From Takakia lepidozioides (lineage: Eukaryota > Plantae > Bryophyta): a stretch of 64,000 nt of DNA. Made by a program: the position numbers and the translations under genes. Under the pieces are notes generated by a model that was not told the DNA's origin, searched no databases, and worked only from the letters and a program-made list of their open reading frames with translations. Positions 12,868-26,365 of the stretch are shown piece by piece. Location of the stretch: positions 47,740,001 to 47,804,000 of the forward strand of contig CM060734.1 of assembly GCA_030704615.1 (NCBI GenBank), in the 5' to 3' direction. Within the stretch, counting starts at the first letter, position 1, and the number at the start of each line of letters is the position of its first letter.

Positions 12868-15649
12868 ATGGCAGAGCCCGGAAAGCTTCGCCTTTATGTG
12901 GATTTTATATCCCAGCCTTCTCGTGCTGTTCTCATATTTTGTCGGTGGGTTCTGACGTTCTTATGCCTTCCTTTCATTGTCGGGTTCTTGTTTCTTCTCT
13001 TTGTCCTTCTCTCATCCCTTTGATTGTCATCTCTGGGATACTCTTAGAATCTGTTTGGTGTCTAATTCTGGGTGAAAAGAACGTGGGTATGGCTTTCGGT
13101 AATTAGCTGCGAATGATTGCTATGCGGAAGACGGCGCATGATGGTAAGAGCACGAATTGCAGTGCAGTGCATGGAGGAGCTGGGGCAGCCAAACACGCAG
13201 GATTATTGTTGAATTGCAGAGAAAGGAGGGTCCATGATCATATATTCGAAGGCTTGACAATTTTCGTAGCCATGACTGCCAATTTGGAAGCATTTGTGCC
13301 AATGGATGCATAGATTGTGGAAAATTATTTACTTTCCTGCTGTCAGGCTGAAGGTGATGATCGATCTAGACTGTGTTCGAGGAATGCAACATGAAGATTA
13401 AGGCCAATGCACACAAATGAACCAGTCGGGTGGTTTGGATAAACTGATGCCTAGGAAAGCTTGACTCTGTGGCCAGAGCATACTATTAACGAGTCTTGGT
13501 CAGTGCACAGCGATTGGATGTGCGCATTGCAATCAGGTGAAACTGCAAGTTATGCTCTGAGTTTGCCATAGTAGGTGAAACATGCGTGACGAAATGGGTG
13601 ATGGCAGGGTTAACAACATTCCAGTCGAGATCCATATAATCAAGGTACACAAAGGGGAGCACAAAACCCCTGAGTTTATAGGTACAGTATTTGGTGTTCT
13701 TTTACTCAAGTTGATCCTTTCAGCTGTAACAGTGGTAGGAGGGTCATCATCAGACTCATCATCAGAGAGTTTGCAGGTCCAAGAGGGATGTGTGATTTCT
13801 AGTGTCACTGCAGGGGCTGTGTGACAGGAATTTGTGGGGCACTTGGGGTTTAGCAGAGATGCTTAGAGCACAGAGCATATGCAGAGTATAACAGCCTATT
13901 GTGTATGGCAGCCATCAACCCTATGGGACAAGTCCCTGCTATCGATGATGGTGCTTTAAGCTCTTTGAGAGGTTGGTATCTGGGCCCAACTTTCCATGCT
14001 TGTGATGCTATGTCCAAGTTCTTCCCTCTTGTGTGCATTTCTAGCTGTTGGTAACATGTAATGTCGGTGTGAGTGAACTAGGAACCATTTCCCTTTTTGC
14101 AGATCTCCTCCAGTGTCATTAAGGACTAGTTAGAGTATGTGTGACCTTACTTGCTTAATTTCGATTCCTGAGTACTTAAACATGCGTATCCTGTTTGTGT
14201 TATGTGGAAGGCAGCCATGCCATCTTGCGCTATCTGGCATGTTCACGTCCAGGAGTAGCTGATCACTGGTAAGTGAAAGGGCTTATCTTCTAGGGAGTAT
14301 TTCCTTAGGATCCCTTGCAGATTCAATTCAGGTTAACTATGCAATCATAGAAAATGACAGAAGCTCTTAGTGACAGACTCCAGTCATGGAGATGGGTGTG
14401 CAAAATGTCCCTTGTTGACTTTCTTTTACTACACATTGTTGCAAAAGAGATGATAAAATTCTATGCTACCTGGACAGTGCTGTTCTTGACATAGTCTGTG
14501 ACCTGGTTGCAGGTATCCTAAAGATGTAAAAAGAAGGGCAGAGATTGATTGCGTATTGGATTGGCATCATTCCAATCTACGTCGTGGTTCTGGTATGGGT
14601 ATTGTCAAATAAAGGGGGGGGCTTTATGGCTCTCTGTTTCATGCTTGGAATAAGATCCTTTGCTCATCTTTGGCCTATACTTTCTTGCTGGAAGCTGAGT
14701 CATCCTCTTGCCCTGGGCATGCTGTAATGTACAAGAGGTGTTTATGGCTGCCTCCTAGTGTCCCACTGCCTATGGCTTTGTCCGTGACATATTTGCCAAG
14801 CGGGGGACAAGGGAAAGTTGTGGATATTTTGTAATACGACTTGCTTGCTCTGAGCCCTTGCAGTCACCACCATCTCTCCTGGAGGCAATCCACAGTTAAG
14901 AAATGTCTTGATGTGACAGTGCAATTGGTGCTGAATCGAGTGTTTGCCCCAAGGTTGGGTATAAAGCCGGATTTGTGGGAAGCATCAGAAGGTGAAAAGC
15001 TACTGAAGAAGGCCCTCGACATGCTAGAGACTGTGTGGTTGCAAGAAGGCCACCAATTTTTGGCTGGTGGTTCGCAACCGTCCATTGCAGACCTCAGCCT
15101 TTCTTGCGAGGTGCAGCAGCTTCAGGTACTGACATGTCTAACATTCATATGCAGAGTTTCCAAGTCTATGGTAGCTTTATGACCTTCATAATGGGTCATA
15201 GTATTCTATGGCATGAGTAAGAGAGCAGTCATGCAATGCCGTGATAGTGGAGATAAGGGGAGGTTTAGTACAGCAACATGTCGGCCATGTGCAGAAATTT
15301 TGACTGTCATAGTCCCTGTCATCCTTTTGTCGGTGCAAGTGGGGCAATTACCTGCTGTCTGAAGGACAGGTTACACGACAATTGTCAATGTTTTCCATAT
15401 TGTGAGTCCTGATCGCTGCTGGCTCCTGGGCAGATGCTGGACAAGGAGGAGGTTACAGCACTGCTCGGGCCCAAGAAGAGAATCGCAGCATGGGTAGCTG
15501 CTGTGGAGAATGCAACAGAACCAGACTTTGCAGAGGTGCATAAGCTCCTCTATAAGATGAGAGAACAAGTGAGAAGGGATAAAAGTGACACATCAGGAAA
15601 GAATGCAAGGCCAGGAAGCACAAAAGTAAACCTAGTTTCGGAGTACTGA
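12868..15649 (+). CDS. GSTT: Theta-class glutathione S-transferase, 7 exons (about 12868-12944, 13608-13681, 13912-13971, 14215-14268, 14513-14592, 14919-15126, 15434-15649); apparent 1-nt frameshift in exon 3
   Basis: LRLYVDFISQPSRAVLIFC, INPMGQVPAIDD, HAILRYLA, WYPKD..RAEIDCVLDWHHSNLRRG, FLAGGSQPSIADLSLSCEVQQL; GT-AG boundaries at each exon. Confidence 0.88.
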
Positions 15650-17912
15650 AATTGAGTACTACTGGTGATGGCTTGCGCCTTGCAACCAAGTCAGTAGCAC
15701 TGCAGACAACCTGATGAGCAACCTCTCATTGCTCCTTCGTCCTACCACCTAGCAAATTTCATGTACACAGTCAATCACCGAAGGCCACTCAAATTGCTCT
15801 TCCAAGTTCAATAGTTGTGCACCAATGTACATCATTGGAAATGGTACAATGTTTGTGAGAGACGAGCTCTTCTGGGTGCTAGACTGAATGACATCTGATG
15901 GAAAGCTCAGTAGTCCTTTGCTGGCAGGGTGTATCCTGCAGTTATTGATATATAAACTTAAAATCGTTGTCCACAGCTTGACTTGAGAAGTTCATGTTTG
16001 TTTTCCATATCTTCAAGCTTCAGTCATTACATGAGTGCTTGTGTATTGCTTGTGCAATGCTTCACAGCCCCAAGTTCTATTACGCTTTCGGGTTTGAGAA
16101 TGTAGTTAAATAGGACATGATCCACATGTGATTGCTAAATCACTGTGCTTTGTGTAATCACTTTTAGAAGTACCCAATGCCCCCTCACCCCTCACTCTCA
16201 GTCCCAGTCAGCCTGTTCACTCAACTATCATTCACCTCAAAGCTTCATTCGTGTCATGTTGACCCAAGTTTATAGTTAGGGTTCCCTTTGCTCTGAAATG
16301 TCAACCTTGAAAATATGAGTACATTGACTGTTACATCAGCACTTGCACTTGCCAGTATACATAAAGTCATGCTTGCTTGTTGCCAACTCTTCAGCTTCGC
16401 CGTCTGTGTCTTCACCTGCCAATTACCCTTCCCTCAATTTCTGGAAGGCTCTTGGGAAGTACGTAAGCAATACTTCCCTGGCATTCAAGAACCAACAAGA
16501 ACCCAAGTCCAAATGGGGCCCTATCAACAACAAGATAATCACCCCAGATGTCCTTTGCGACCCACGTCTTCTCATCTATATAGACAGTCAAACCTGCGCA
16601 ATTACCAGAGCACACACGTCTGCCATAGAACCTAATAAGACAGTTTCACTTTTGGTGTGACCAACCCAGTGCCATGCACTCCTGCAAACAATATACCCGG
16701 CTTGGTAGATCAAGATCATAAACAAATTAACAGTAATGTCATGTTGTATTACCATGTAAACATTTCGATGGGTGGCAACATGGCATTGTTGGTCTGGGCC
16801 ACCATAACCTGTGTAAAGCCAACGGACACTTCCCATATCCCTCATTTGAAATTGCTGGGGGACAACATCACCTTCACAAAAAGGAACTCTTCATGAAATC
16901 GTTCAAAGCCACAGGGTTGACCACTAACCAGCCCTGTCCAAATGGAGGAATTGGTATTCTTTGCCCGGCCTTTGCCCAGCTTCAAGTGGGCTCAGAGTTT
17001 GAAGCATTCTTGTGTGATTATGGAGGCCCATTTTTCAAAGAACTCCACAATTTCGGTTATGGGAGCCGCACATTGTGAGCACACGTTTATGATTAAACAC
17101 AAAGCATGCGTGAGTAAGAACCCGACTTGGCCATCACTGAATGGTTCATGCTACTCCCTAGAAAGTAAGAGGAATAAACACGTGAATGTCCTCTCGAATT
17201 TACTTACTCTTGTATCCATGGATACACCAACGAAAATGAAGTAAAAGTGCGGCTATATAGATTAATGCATGTCTACAATACGCACTTCCGTCTTCGATAC
17301 TAACGCCTACGAACTATGATTCAATTCAACTGTAATAAGCAACACACATCTGACATCGCTGAAGATACAGTTCCACCGCTCTCTAACCCGCAAAAGATCT
17401 TCAGCGTGAGTGCCAAAAAGATGAGCTTTCTCAATTATGAACGATTGTGCTCCTTCTCGGTGGTCCACAACATACACCATGTAGCACTCGAAGAATCGTC
17501 CGTCGTAACACAATCAGCTCCGATAGAAGCCAACGCGTCAATGGCTTTGATGATGCTCACCTTCTTAAATTGCGGATCCTTGTGCGTGCTACGCAAGGCC
17601 CGCTGCTCGTCCTGAATCAGGTCCAGTAGATCTACAAGCTGCTGCTGCTGCGGCCATCCTCCATCATTTCCTAGATGCAATTTGATGACTACTAGGGCTG
17701 CAGTCGATGCATCGCCACGACGCCATTCAGAGTTTGATTGACAGTAAGTTACATGTCGAGCAGCCTCGTGAGCGTCACGCAAGTTCCTAAAGTTAAAGGG
17801 TGTAGCGAATTTAGTAAACGACCAAGTGCTATGTTTATGCAAAACCCAAACTTGGGCCTTGTTGTATCCTTGCGTATGTACATACAAGCACGCAGGTCTC
17901 CAAACTCCCACT

Positions 17913-19051
17913 TGTTGGGACAAGCCATGCTCGAGGAGTTGGGCCTCAGTGAATGTAATACAAGTCCTACTCCTTGAAGTTAACTGCAGACATGGGAGAA
18001 GAACCGGTGGATGAAACCTTGTGTAAGAAGATGGTCGGAAAACTAATCTACTTGACGAACACAAGGCCAGATATCAGCTTCGCAGTCGGGATGGTTAGCA
18101 GGTTCATGACTGCACCCCAGAAGCCTCACATGGAGGCAATCAAGAGGAGCTTCCGATACATGAGGAACGATGGATTACGGATTAATGTTCCATGCAGATG
18201 GAGGAGTGGAACAAGATGGCTTTGTTGACGCTGATTGGGCAGGAGACCAAGATACCAGATCTACGGAGGATTTGTGTTTCGACTTGGAGGATCGCCGGTG
18301 ACATGGTCGAGTAAACGTCAACCGTCTGTATCCCTATCATCTACAGAAGCAGAATACAGAGCTATAACTGGAGGATCAAAGGAATCGATCTGGTTGCAGG
18401 CACTGACTCAAGAACATGGTTTTCTCATAGGTAAAGCTGCTCAATTATGGTGTGACAACTCCAGTGCCATTAAGATGGCAAACAATCCAGTTTTTCACGC
18501 AAGGAGAAGCTTGAAAGCATATAGAAGTGCACTATCATTTCATTAGAGAAAAGATCTTGAGTGGAGAAATAGATTTGAACCATGTCTCATCAGAGGATCA
18601 ACTTGCTGATATTCTTACAAAACCACTAGGAAAACGTAAGTTCTCTCACTTTAGAGATGCTCTAGGAGTGATCAGTCTACAGCAGGTGATAAGTCAACAG
18701 AAGCTAAATTCATAGTCACTCTACCTAGGGGACCAGAGCGAGGAGTACTTCGATGCACGCTATGGCAGTGATCTGGGTGTGAGAGAGGGTGTTGGGATAT
18801 TTCAGATCTGGGGCCTATAGTTCATAAAGTGTGCACATGAGATATAGAGACATAGTGTCGGCTGTAATTTAATGGTAGACAGCCATTTATTTAGCTTGGG
18901 ATTCTTTCCATGGCATGTATCCTTCGCGATAATCCCACGCATTAATGCCCTCAGTCCCTATATATTCCTATCTTCCTCTGTGTCTTCCTCTGTGTAATAC
19001 ATTGAGTTGAATACATTGCTGAGTGTTTCTTCACCACTTCCATCCTTCACA
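17913..19051 (+). mobile_element. Ty1/copia remnant: RT C-terminus and RNase H, PPT and 3' LTR (about 18790-19051)
   Basis: VGKLIYLTNTRPDISFAVGMVSRF, WSSKRQPSVSLSSTEAEY, CDNSSAI, HYHFIRE, DQLADILTKPL; PPT gagagaggg at 18781 then TGTTGGGA...CA; TGTTGGGA also at 17913. Confidence 0.88.
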
Positions 19052-19063
19052 GGGCCGTGAGGA

Positions 19064-21636
19064 ATGCCTATACCCAAGGATTGTGGCTACTTGGCTCTCT
19101 CTTCTGATCCACCAACGGGTATGGACAGTGAGGTGTGGAGTAGGCTGTCGTGCGACTTACTGGACAGGGTATTGGCATGCTTATCTTGCGCACATTTTTG
19201 CCGCTTACAGATGGTGTGCAAGCGCTGGCGATCTCTACCAGCAACTCGGGGTTTTATGCATCTCCGCCACCAAGTCGGTGTGGATCAGATAGAGCCATTC
19301 TTCATCTTTCCCTCGGACGCGGGGTGCATTTTCCCGCGACATGGTGAGAACATGGGATTTTTGGAGTTTCTGTATCCATCATCATCTGCAAGGGGAGTGT
19401 TCAAGTTGCAAAAGATGGACCTCGCATTCTTTAGACCTTACTTGCCTAATTGCGTCAGCCTTCTATTCTTTATCTACAGACGGAGGGTTGTTTTCCATGG
19501 TACTGAATTCATGTTGCTCATTCATTCGCACATCATCGTGTGCCTGAAGTGCCTGCAGATTACGCACTAGAGAACCGGCCGTGTTTGGCCGATTCTGCCT
19601 TGCCCTATGGCCGCGCACAGGGCAGAGTCGGCCAAACACGGCCCGTTCACTGGCGTTAAAAGCATGTGTGGGGGATTCTCGTCGCTACGTGGCGCAATAT
19701 GATTGCGGTTCGATTATCCCATATCGATTGCCCAGATTCAGAGCCCTGGAGAGGATATAAACGGGGGAGCCTAAGGTGAAGACGAATTGGTTGATGGCTG
19801 ACGACATGGGCCTCAGCGGTAGGTTTGTCGTCCATCGTGCATAATCGGCCATCACTGCTGATCCTGCCCTGGGTAGCCTGAGAATGAGGCTGAAAATGTG
19901 GGAGAATCTGCCACACGTGCTTCTAACATACTAGAGGACGCCCCCTAGGGTGCATTATGGCTCCTAGTGAGTCACTAGGGCGAGCCTGGGAGGGCGCGCC
20001 CTAGGGGGCGCGTTCCCTGGCGTAAAGGAATTTTGGGGATAGATTATGCGAGGCCTTGATTGGCTGCAGGCCATAATGAGCCATTAAAAGTCAAATTGCC
20101 GATTAAGGCAGTCAAACAACCAATTAGGAATGCAGAATGCGCCACCGCCGTGGAGCGTCGATCTTCTGAATTTTAATTTGCCTCAAAAAAGGCAGAATTT
20201 GCCCCCAAAATCCTTTAGGGAGAACATAATCGCGACCGGAGTTTTCTTAGTAAACTGGTGATGGATAGCAGAACTGGAGGGTACACGCTTTTTAGGGTTA
20301 CAACATGGCCTCTAGGGCGTACCGAAGGGCTTCAAATGCATAGAACTTTGGTCTACAACTCCATCTCCAACTCGTGAGAGGTAGGAAACATGCCGCTAAC
20401 TAAGCCTTCCTATATAGCAGGCACTGCTAATTGTGGCAACGTTTTGTATGTCATGATCCACAATTTGACTTACCGTGGAGGTGGATCAACCCGCTACCAG
20501 TTGTTTGCTTATGATATTAGAGTTATCCGTAAAGTGAGCGTGAGTTTGGTACCCTGTTTGGACACACTTATGAGAATTTTTTCAAAGTGTCCACTTCCAT
20601 GTATTGGATAATAGACAACATCTCTGATTTTACTCTGAATTTACCTGCAAGGATCCATGATGTGTTTGTCGCGGACATCACTCAATGTTACGAAACATAC
20701 CCTTGACAGGTGAAGATAATTTGGGTGCCGCCATCGAATTTCCCGAACTTGTTGTTCCTCGCTGGGATCCATAGTGAGTGATTGGATCGAGGGTGAGCAA
20801 TGTGGTATTGCTGCAATCTAGCTTCGGAGAGCTCAATCCATGTACCAGTCTTAGGAGAAGAGGGTCCCCAGGTTTCATCCTCAGTTTGAGTAAATCCGTA
20901 AAGTGCAGAAAACTGGGCATGAAGTCAGAAAAGAGGGCACCAAATCAAAAACTGGGGATGAGGGCAACGGCTGCTCACGCGAGCTCGTGAGCTCTGACTA
21001 CCTCCTCCTCGACGACGAACAAAACTCGGGTCCAAACTCCTGCCACCCCCATTTTCCTAGTCCTGGCAGTTTGGTCCTGTGTTTTTTTCTAGTCGTACTG
21101 CTTGATCCTGAGTTTTGAGTCTCATGCCCAGTTTTGGCCAAACTCGGGGTTCTCATGCCGAGTTTAGGACCCTTTATGGATAACTCTATTGGCACCGGAG
21201 TTTGGACGGAGTTTGGACGGAGTTTAAGACACATATGTCGGAGCAAAGATCTATGTGCTTGTTCATGGATAGCCGGGGCGGCAAGTTGGTAGTTGGGACT
21301 ACTCTGGGCCGCGTTAGGCTGAGCACGCCATGTTTATGGGAATTGAATGTCTCCACTCGAGAATGGAAGCAATTGCCCGAAATTCCTGATAAACTATTGC
21401 ACGACTTCTTTGCAATTTACAAGCACAAAGTTTGGTATTTAAAATTTTGTGGTGATTTATACGTAGTCTTCATGGCCCTCGAAGCCCTTAGATCAGAAAT
21501 ACTGGCATTTGACATTGTAGAAGAATCGTGGATGCTAACAAAACATCCATTGGACTCTCCCACTCGTGCAATTCTATGGCCTTATGGACTTAGAGGAGGG
21601 TTTTCTGGACAGTTTTGTATGGGGAGGAATGTGTAG
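19064..21636 (+). pseudogene. F-box (kelch-associated type) gene copy 1, disrupted by insertions at about 19565-20245 and 20520-21185
   Basis: MDSEVWSRLSCDLLDRVLACLSCAHFCRLQMVCKRW F-box; downstream segments match the minus-strand copy at 23240-24090. Confidence 0.8.
19565..20245. mobile_element. GC-rich insertion, possibly a non-autonomous CACTA-like element
   Basis: Absent from the paralogous F-box copy; begins CACTAGAGAACCGG; internal 23-bp inverted repeat 19577-19599/19621-19643; right terminal repeat only imperfect. Confidence 0.4.
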
Positions 21637-21650
21637 TTTTGAGTAATCAA

Positions 21651-21861
21651 CCAACAGTCGGTAGCTCACTTGGATATTGGTTCTAGGTTCAAATCCTGCT
21701 AACTTGACGGGTGCGGTATAGTGTTCTGCCCCTCCCCTTGCTTGCTACCTCATGGCAAGGTTAGGTTACTTTCTCCTCTCACTATTGTTAAGGGGCCTGA
21801 TTTGTGAGTGCCCGCTCCCGGTGAATTTCCCTTTTCAAATAAAATTCAAATTAAAAAATAA
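21651..21861 (+). mobile_element. tRNA-derived SINE
   Basis: A box gtagctcacttgg, B box ggttcaaatcc, A-rich tail; homologous to 63654-63906 and 23006-23201. Confidence 0.8.
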
Positions 21862-23005
21862 TGATCTGCATGGGTTATTGGCAAGGAGTTGTATCACTTT
21901 TGTATAAATCCAACAACCAAGTTGTAGCCATGCACCTCATACATACCTACCACCTCCAAAGTGGTTCTCGGGTCGTAGCTTTTGTTTTTTTATTTTTATT
22001 TTTGCATCATATTCTAGACAAGTCCCTTTTTCAAAAACCTTCCCATCATAATGGATCTGCTAAAATTAGGTGGAAGTGAAAATTCACAGTGACCCAATTT
22101 GGATTATAAAGTATTGATGCATCTGGGATTACCTTCTCAGTTATTAACATCACTCCCGCTTGATGCACCCACAATGTAGCATTTGCATATGTGGCTCTCC
22201 GTCTTTTCAGAACATCTTCAGTCAACCTCGCCCTTATATTTCTGATTGGGTATTGTTGAAGTGGAATCAATGCCACAATGCTTCAAGGAAGAAAAAAAAA
22301 TCAAATGATGTCCAAGCAACAGCAGAGAACAAAAAAGAGGGAATTTTCACAAGGTTAAAAGATAACTTGTTGTTTCATGGATACGAAAGGTTGTTGCAAC
22401 TTGAGGTAAGTTACTTGTTGAGCCCAAACTGGCTGCACCCGGGCATCATTCATGTGTAGTGGAGGGCCTTCCCCTGCATAACCCAAGTTAAATTGGAGGA
22501 CCCTTCCGCCGTTGAATGGGTGTAGGTTCCGCATCTGAAGGTAGGTCAGATAACAATGGAACAAATTCTAAAGTATTCTAAAGTGCTTTATGTTTTATGC
22601 ATCAAGACTTATTTATAATATGATCATTTTTCTTTTCTATTTTTTTAAATACAAGGAAATACCCTCAAACAACCATCCAAACATGCAACGATCTGATCGC
22701 TTATTAGGCACTTAAGGTTAACATCCTCCGTCTTTTTCTTTTAAAAACAAATATGCAAAATATACGGAAAACATTATTTATATATATATATATATATACG
22801 CCTCTCGAACGAAGTGTAAATCATGGTGTCTCTTGACCTAAAGGGCTACTGCCAGTAGGAAAAATGGACACCTTTTGTGACACCAATTGGTGGATTGACC
22901 CGACAACCACTTTGGAGGTGGTAGGTGTGTATGAGGTGTATGGGTACAACTTGGTTGTTGGATTTATACAAGAGCGATACAACTCCGTGTAACCCATGGA
23001 GATCA

Positions 23006-23201
23006 TTATTTTTAATTTGAATTTTATTTGAAAAGGGAGCGACCACTGAAAAATCAGGCCCCTTAACACGTGAGAGAGGAAAATAATGTAACCTTGCCAT
23101 GAGGTAGCAAGCAAGGGAAGGGGGATAACACTATACTGCACCCGTCAAGTTAGCAGGATTTGAACCTAGAACCAATATCCAAGTGAGCTACCGACTGTTG
23201 G
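23006..23201 (-). mobile_element. tRNA-derived SINE (copy carried in the inverted F-box duplication)
   Basis: Reverse complement of 21651-21861 with the same flanks. Confidence 0.8.
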
Positions 23202-23239
23202 TTGATTACTCAAAAACTACACATTTCTCCCCATACAAA

Positions 23240-24090
23240 ACTGAAAACCCTTCTACAAGTCCATAATACCCTCGAATTGGACGAGTGGGAGCGTCGAATG
23301 GATGTTTTGTTAGCATCCACGATTCTCATACAATGTCAAATGCCAGTACTTCTGATTTGGGGTCCATGAAGACTACGTATAGATCACCCCAAAATTTTGC
23401 ATACCAACGTTTATAAGTTGCAAAGAAGTTGTGCAATAGTTTATCCGGAATTTTTGGGTATTGTTTCCATTCTCGAGTGGAGACATTCAATTCCCATAAA
23501 CATGGTGTGCTCAGCTCCCCAGTGCGGCTCAGAGTAGTCCCAGCTACCAACTTGCTGCCCCGACTATCCATGAACAAGCGCATAAATTTTTGCTTGAAGT
23601 CATCCGGCATATGTGTCTTAAACTCCGTCCAAACTCCGGTGCCAATATCATAAACAAACAACTGGTAGCGGGTTGATCCAACTCCAAAATAAGTCCCATT
23701 ATTGGTCATGACACACATAACGTTGCCACATTTAGCAGTACCCACTATCGTATTAGATGGCTCAGTTAGCGGCATGTTTCATGCCTGCCACGAGTTGGAG
23801 ATGGAAGTTATGTGCATTTGAACCCCTTCGGTATACCATATTGTAACCCTAATAAGCGTGTACCTCCAGTTCTGCTATCCATCACCAGTTTACTAAGACA
23901 TTTGTGCTCGCGATGTTCTCCGTAAAGTGGAGGCAATTTCGGTAAGCATCTGCAACACTTCGAGATTGGATTGAACACGATGATGTGCGAACGCTCACAT
24001 AAGCCACATAAATCCAGTGCGATGGAAAGCAACCCTCCGTCTGTAGATATAGAATGATAAGCCGGTGAAGGGTAGTAACCTGCTGTTGAC
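23240..24090 (-). pseudogene. F-box gene copy 2 (C-terminal part, 5'-truncated)
   Basis: STDGGLL...IIVFNPISKCCRCLPKLP, LFVYDIGTGVWTEF, LWELNVSTREWKQ, SEVLAFDIV; homologous to copy 1. Confidence 0.75.
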
Positions 24091-24334
24091 ATGTCTATTG
24101 AGACGCAATAGTGCTATTCAAGAATACTTCAGGACACCTTAAACTTGTCAAATCAAAAAGAATTTTATATGGGCATAACAAGCACTTGAAGGGCTTTCCA
24201 ATTATATAAAATTTGTGTGGTTTCATGCTGAACTCGATGTCATAGATTTGGATCAAATGCGCCATCTGCGCTGAAAAATAAATTGTGATATCATTTTTGG
24301 GGTCCTATTAGTTACCTCAAACCTCACCGGGATA

Positions 24335-25765
24335 CGACACTATAGTGAGCTTTGTAGACAAATTGAGCAAGATGATACACATCCGTCCAACTAGAAAATC
24401 TGTCACTGCACCCGAACTAGCTTAACTATATCTGGAAGCGGTCTATTCCCATCATGGGCTATCTAAAGTTCCCACTACTGACAGGGGTACCCAATTTATT
24501 AGCTTGTTTTAAAAAAGCTTATTTGGTCTTTTTAACCAAATTAGCTATGTCAACAGCCTATCATCCGGAGTCAGATGGACAGACAAAACAAGCGAATCGT
24601 ACAATTGAAGACATGTTGCGGGCCTTTACGTTAGAAGAACAAGAAAAGTGAGATTGGTTATTACCATAGGTAGAATTTTCATACAATAACTCGGTCAACG
24701 CGTCAACGAAAGAAATTTAAAAAATAAAAATGTATGACGAGCACCCAAATGTGCCAACAACTCTTACAAAGTTCAAGTTACCAAATTAGGAGTTATCCAA
24801 GGTAGCCGCGACTAACGTATTTGTGCAACAAATTCGACGGGGAGTATGTCAAGCTAAAGAGAAGCTGATGGTTGCCCAAAATTGCCAAAAGCAGTATGCA
24901 AATACACGTCGACGGGATGAGAAGTTTGCAGTTGGGGATCAAATGTGGTTGTCTACAGCCAATTTACACATCATTGGATCGCGAGAACTAGGGGTACGGT
25001 TCATTGGTTTTTTTTTTATCATTAAACGTATTGGAGCAGTAGCATACAAGCTGGAGTTACCACCACATATGAAGATCCACCCGGTGTTTCACGTTTCTCT
25101 ACTACGTCGTTACGAACCTCGACCATCAATATTCAAAGATAATCAAGAACCACAACCTTTACCAAAATTGATAGACGGAAATGAAGAGTAGGATGTCGAC
25201 GGTGTTCTAAAAAAACGCACATACAAACGAGGGCGACATGAGGTGTTGGAGTATTTGGTTTTATGGAAATGATTTTCATTATATGAAGCTACCTGGGAAC
25301 CGGTGCAAAATCTCGTAAATGCTCAATTGACAATTCAAGCTTTTGAAAATTCGAACAACGAGGACGTTGCTTCTTGAAAGAGGAGAGGATTATAACAAGG
25401 TAGAATCTAGAAGGTTCTAGATGGAGAAAGAAAGCTCCCTAGAAGTTTTCAAAATAACTAGGAAGGTTCCTAGGAAGTTTGACTTAAGGGAGTTTGACTT
25501 GAGGCTCTCAAATCAAACCTATAAGATATTTATATTATGGAGAGTAGGTCAAATATTTGATAAAGTCATATTATGGAGAATATGTCAAACCTAGGAAGGT
25601 TGATTTTAGGAAGTTTTGACTTGAGGCTCTCAAGTCAAACCTTTAAAATAATCATATTGTGAAGAGTATATAAACATGCAATGAAAGCCTAGAAGACATC
25701 GAGTTGTTTTGGGAAAAAGTTGAGAAATACTTCTATTCTAGTTTGTGTAGATCCTGGGTGTTACA
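24335..25765 (+). mobile_element. Degenerate Ty3/gypsy chromovirus 3' remnant: integrase, chromodomain, PPT and LTR (about 25391-25765)
   Basis: [33 protein letters not shown], decayed chromodomain (YLVLWK...ATWEP), PPT gaaagaggagagg, LTR T(A)TAAC...GTTACA; many stops. Confidence 0.82.
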
Positions 25766-25987
25766 TTAGGTCGACTCGTCCACTAGGTGTAGCGAATTTA
25801 GTAAACGACCAATGCTATGTTTATGCAAAACCCTAACTTGGACCTTCTTGTCTCCTTGCGTATGTACATACAAGTACGCATATCTCCAGACTCCCACTTC
25901 CTTCTTTCACATATTACGAGTTCGTGGTGGCACATGACAAAACAAAGTCTAAAGTAGAACAAAGCTTCGTGACAGCAGGCCGGGAGG

Positions 25988-26365
25988 GTGCCTCTACCCA
26001 AGGATTGTGGCTACTTGGCTCTCTCTTATGATCCACCAACGGGTATGGACAGTGAGGTGTGGAGTAGGCTGTCATGCGACTTACTAGACAGGGTATTGGC
26101 ATGCTTATCTTGCGAATTTTTTTGCCGCTTACGGATGGTGTGCAAGCGCTGGGAATCTCTGCCAGCAACTCGGGGTTTTATGCATCTCCGCCACCAAGTC
26201 AGTCTCGATCAAATAGAGCCATTCTTCATCTTTCCCTCGGACTAGGGGTGCATTTCCCCGCAACATGGTGAGAACATGCGATTTTTGGAATTTCTGTATC
26301 CATCATCATCTGCAAGGGGGAGTGTTCAAGTTTGCAAAAGATGGACCTCACATTCCTTAGACCAG
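25988..26365 (+). pseudogene. F-box gene copy 3 (5' part only, in-frame stop)
   Basis: Near-duplicate of 19064-19435; its upstream region 25787-25900 matches 17804-17912. Confidence 0.8.

Noticed and set aside
16315-17700. Cluster of short ORFs, possibly a decayed transposase
   Set aside because: No recognisable motif and frames are fragmented
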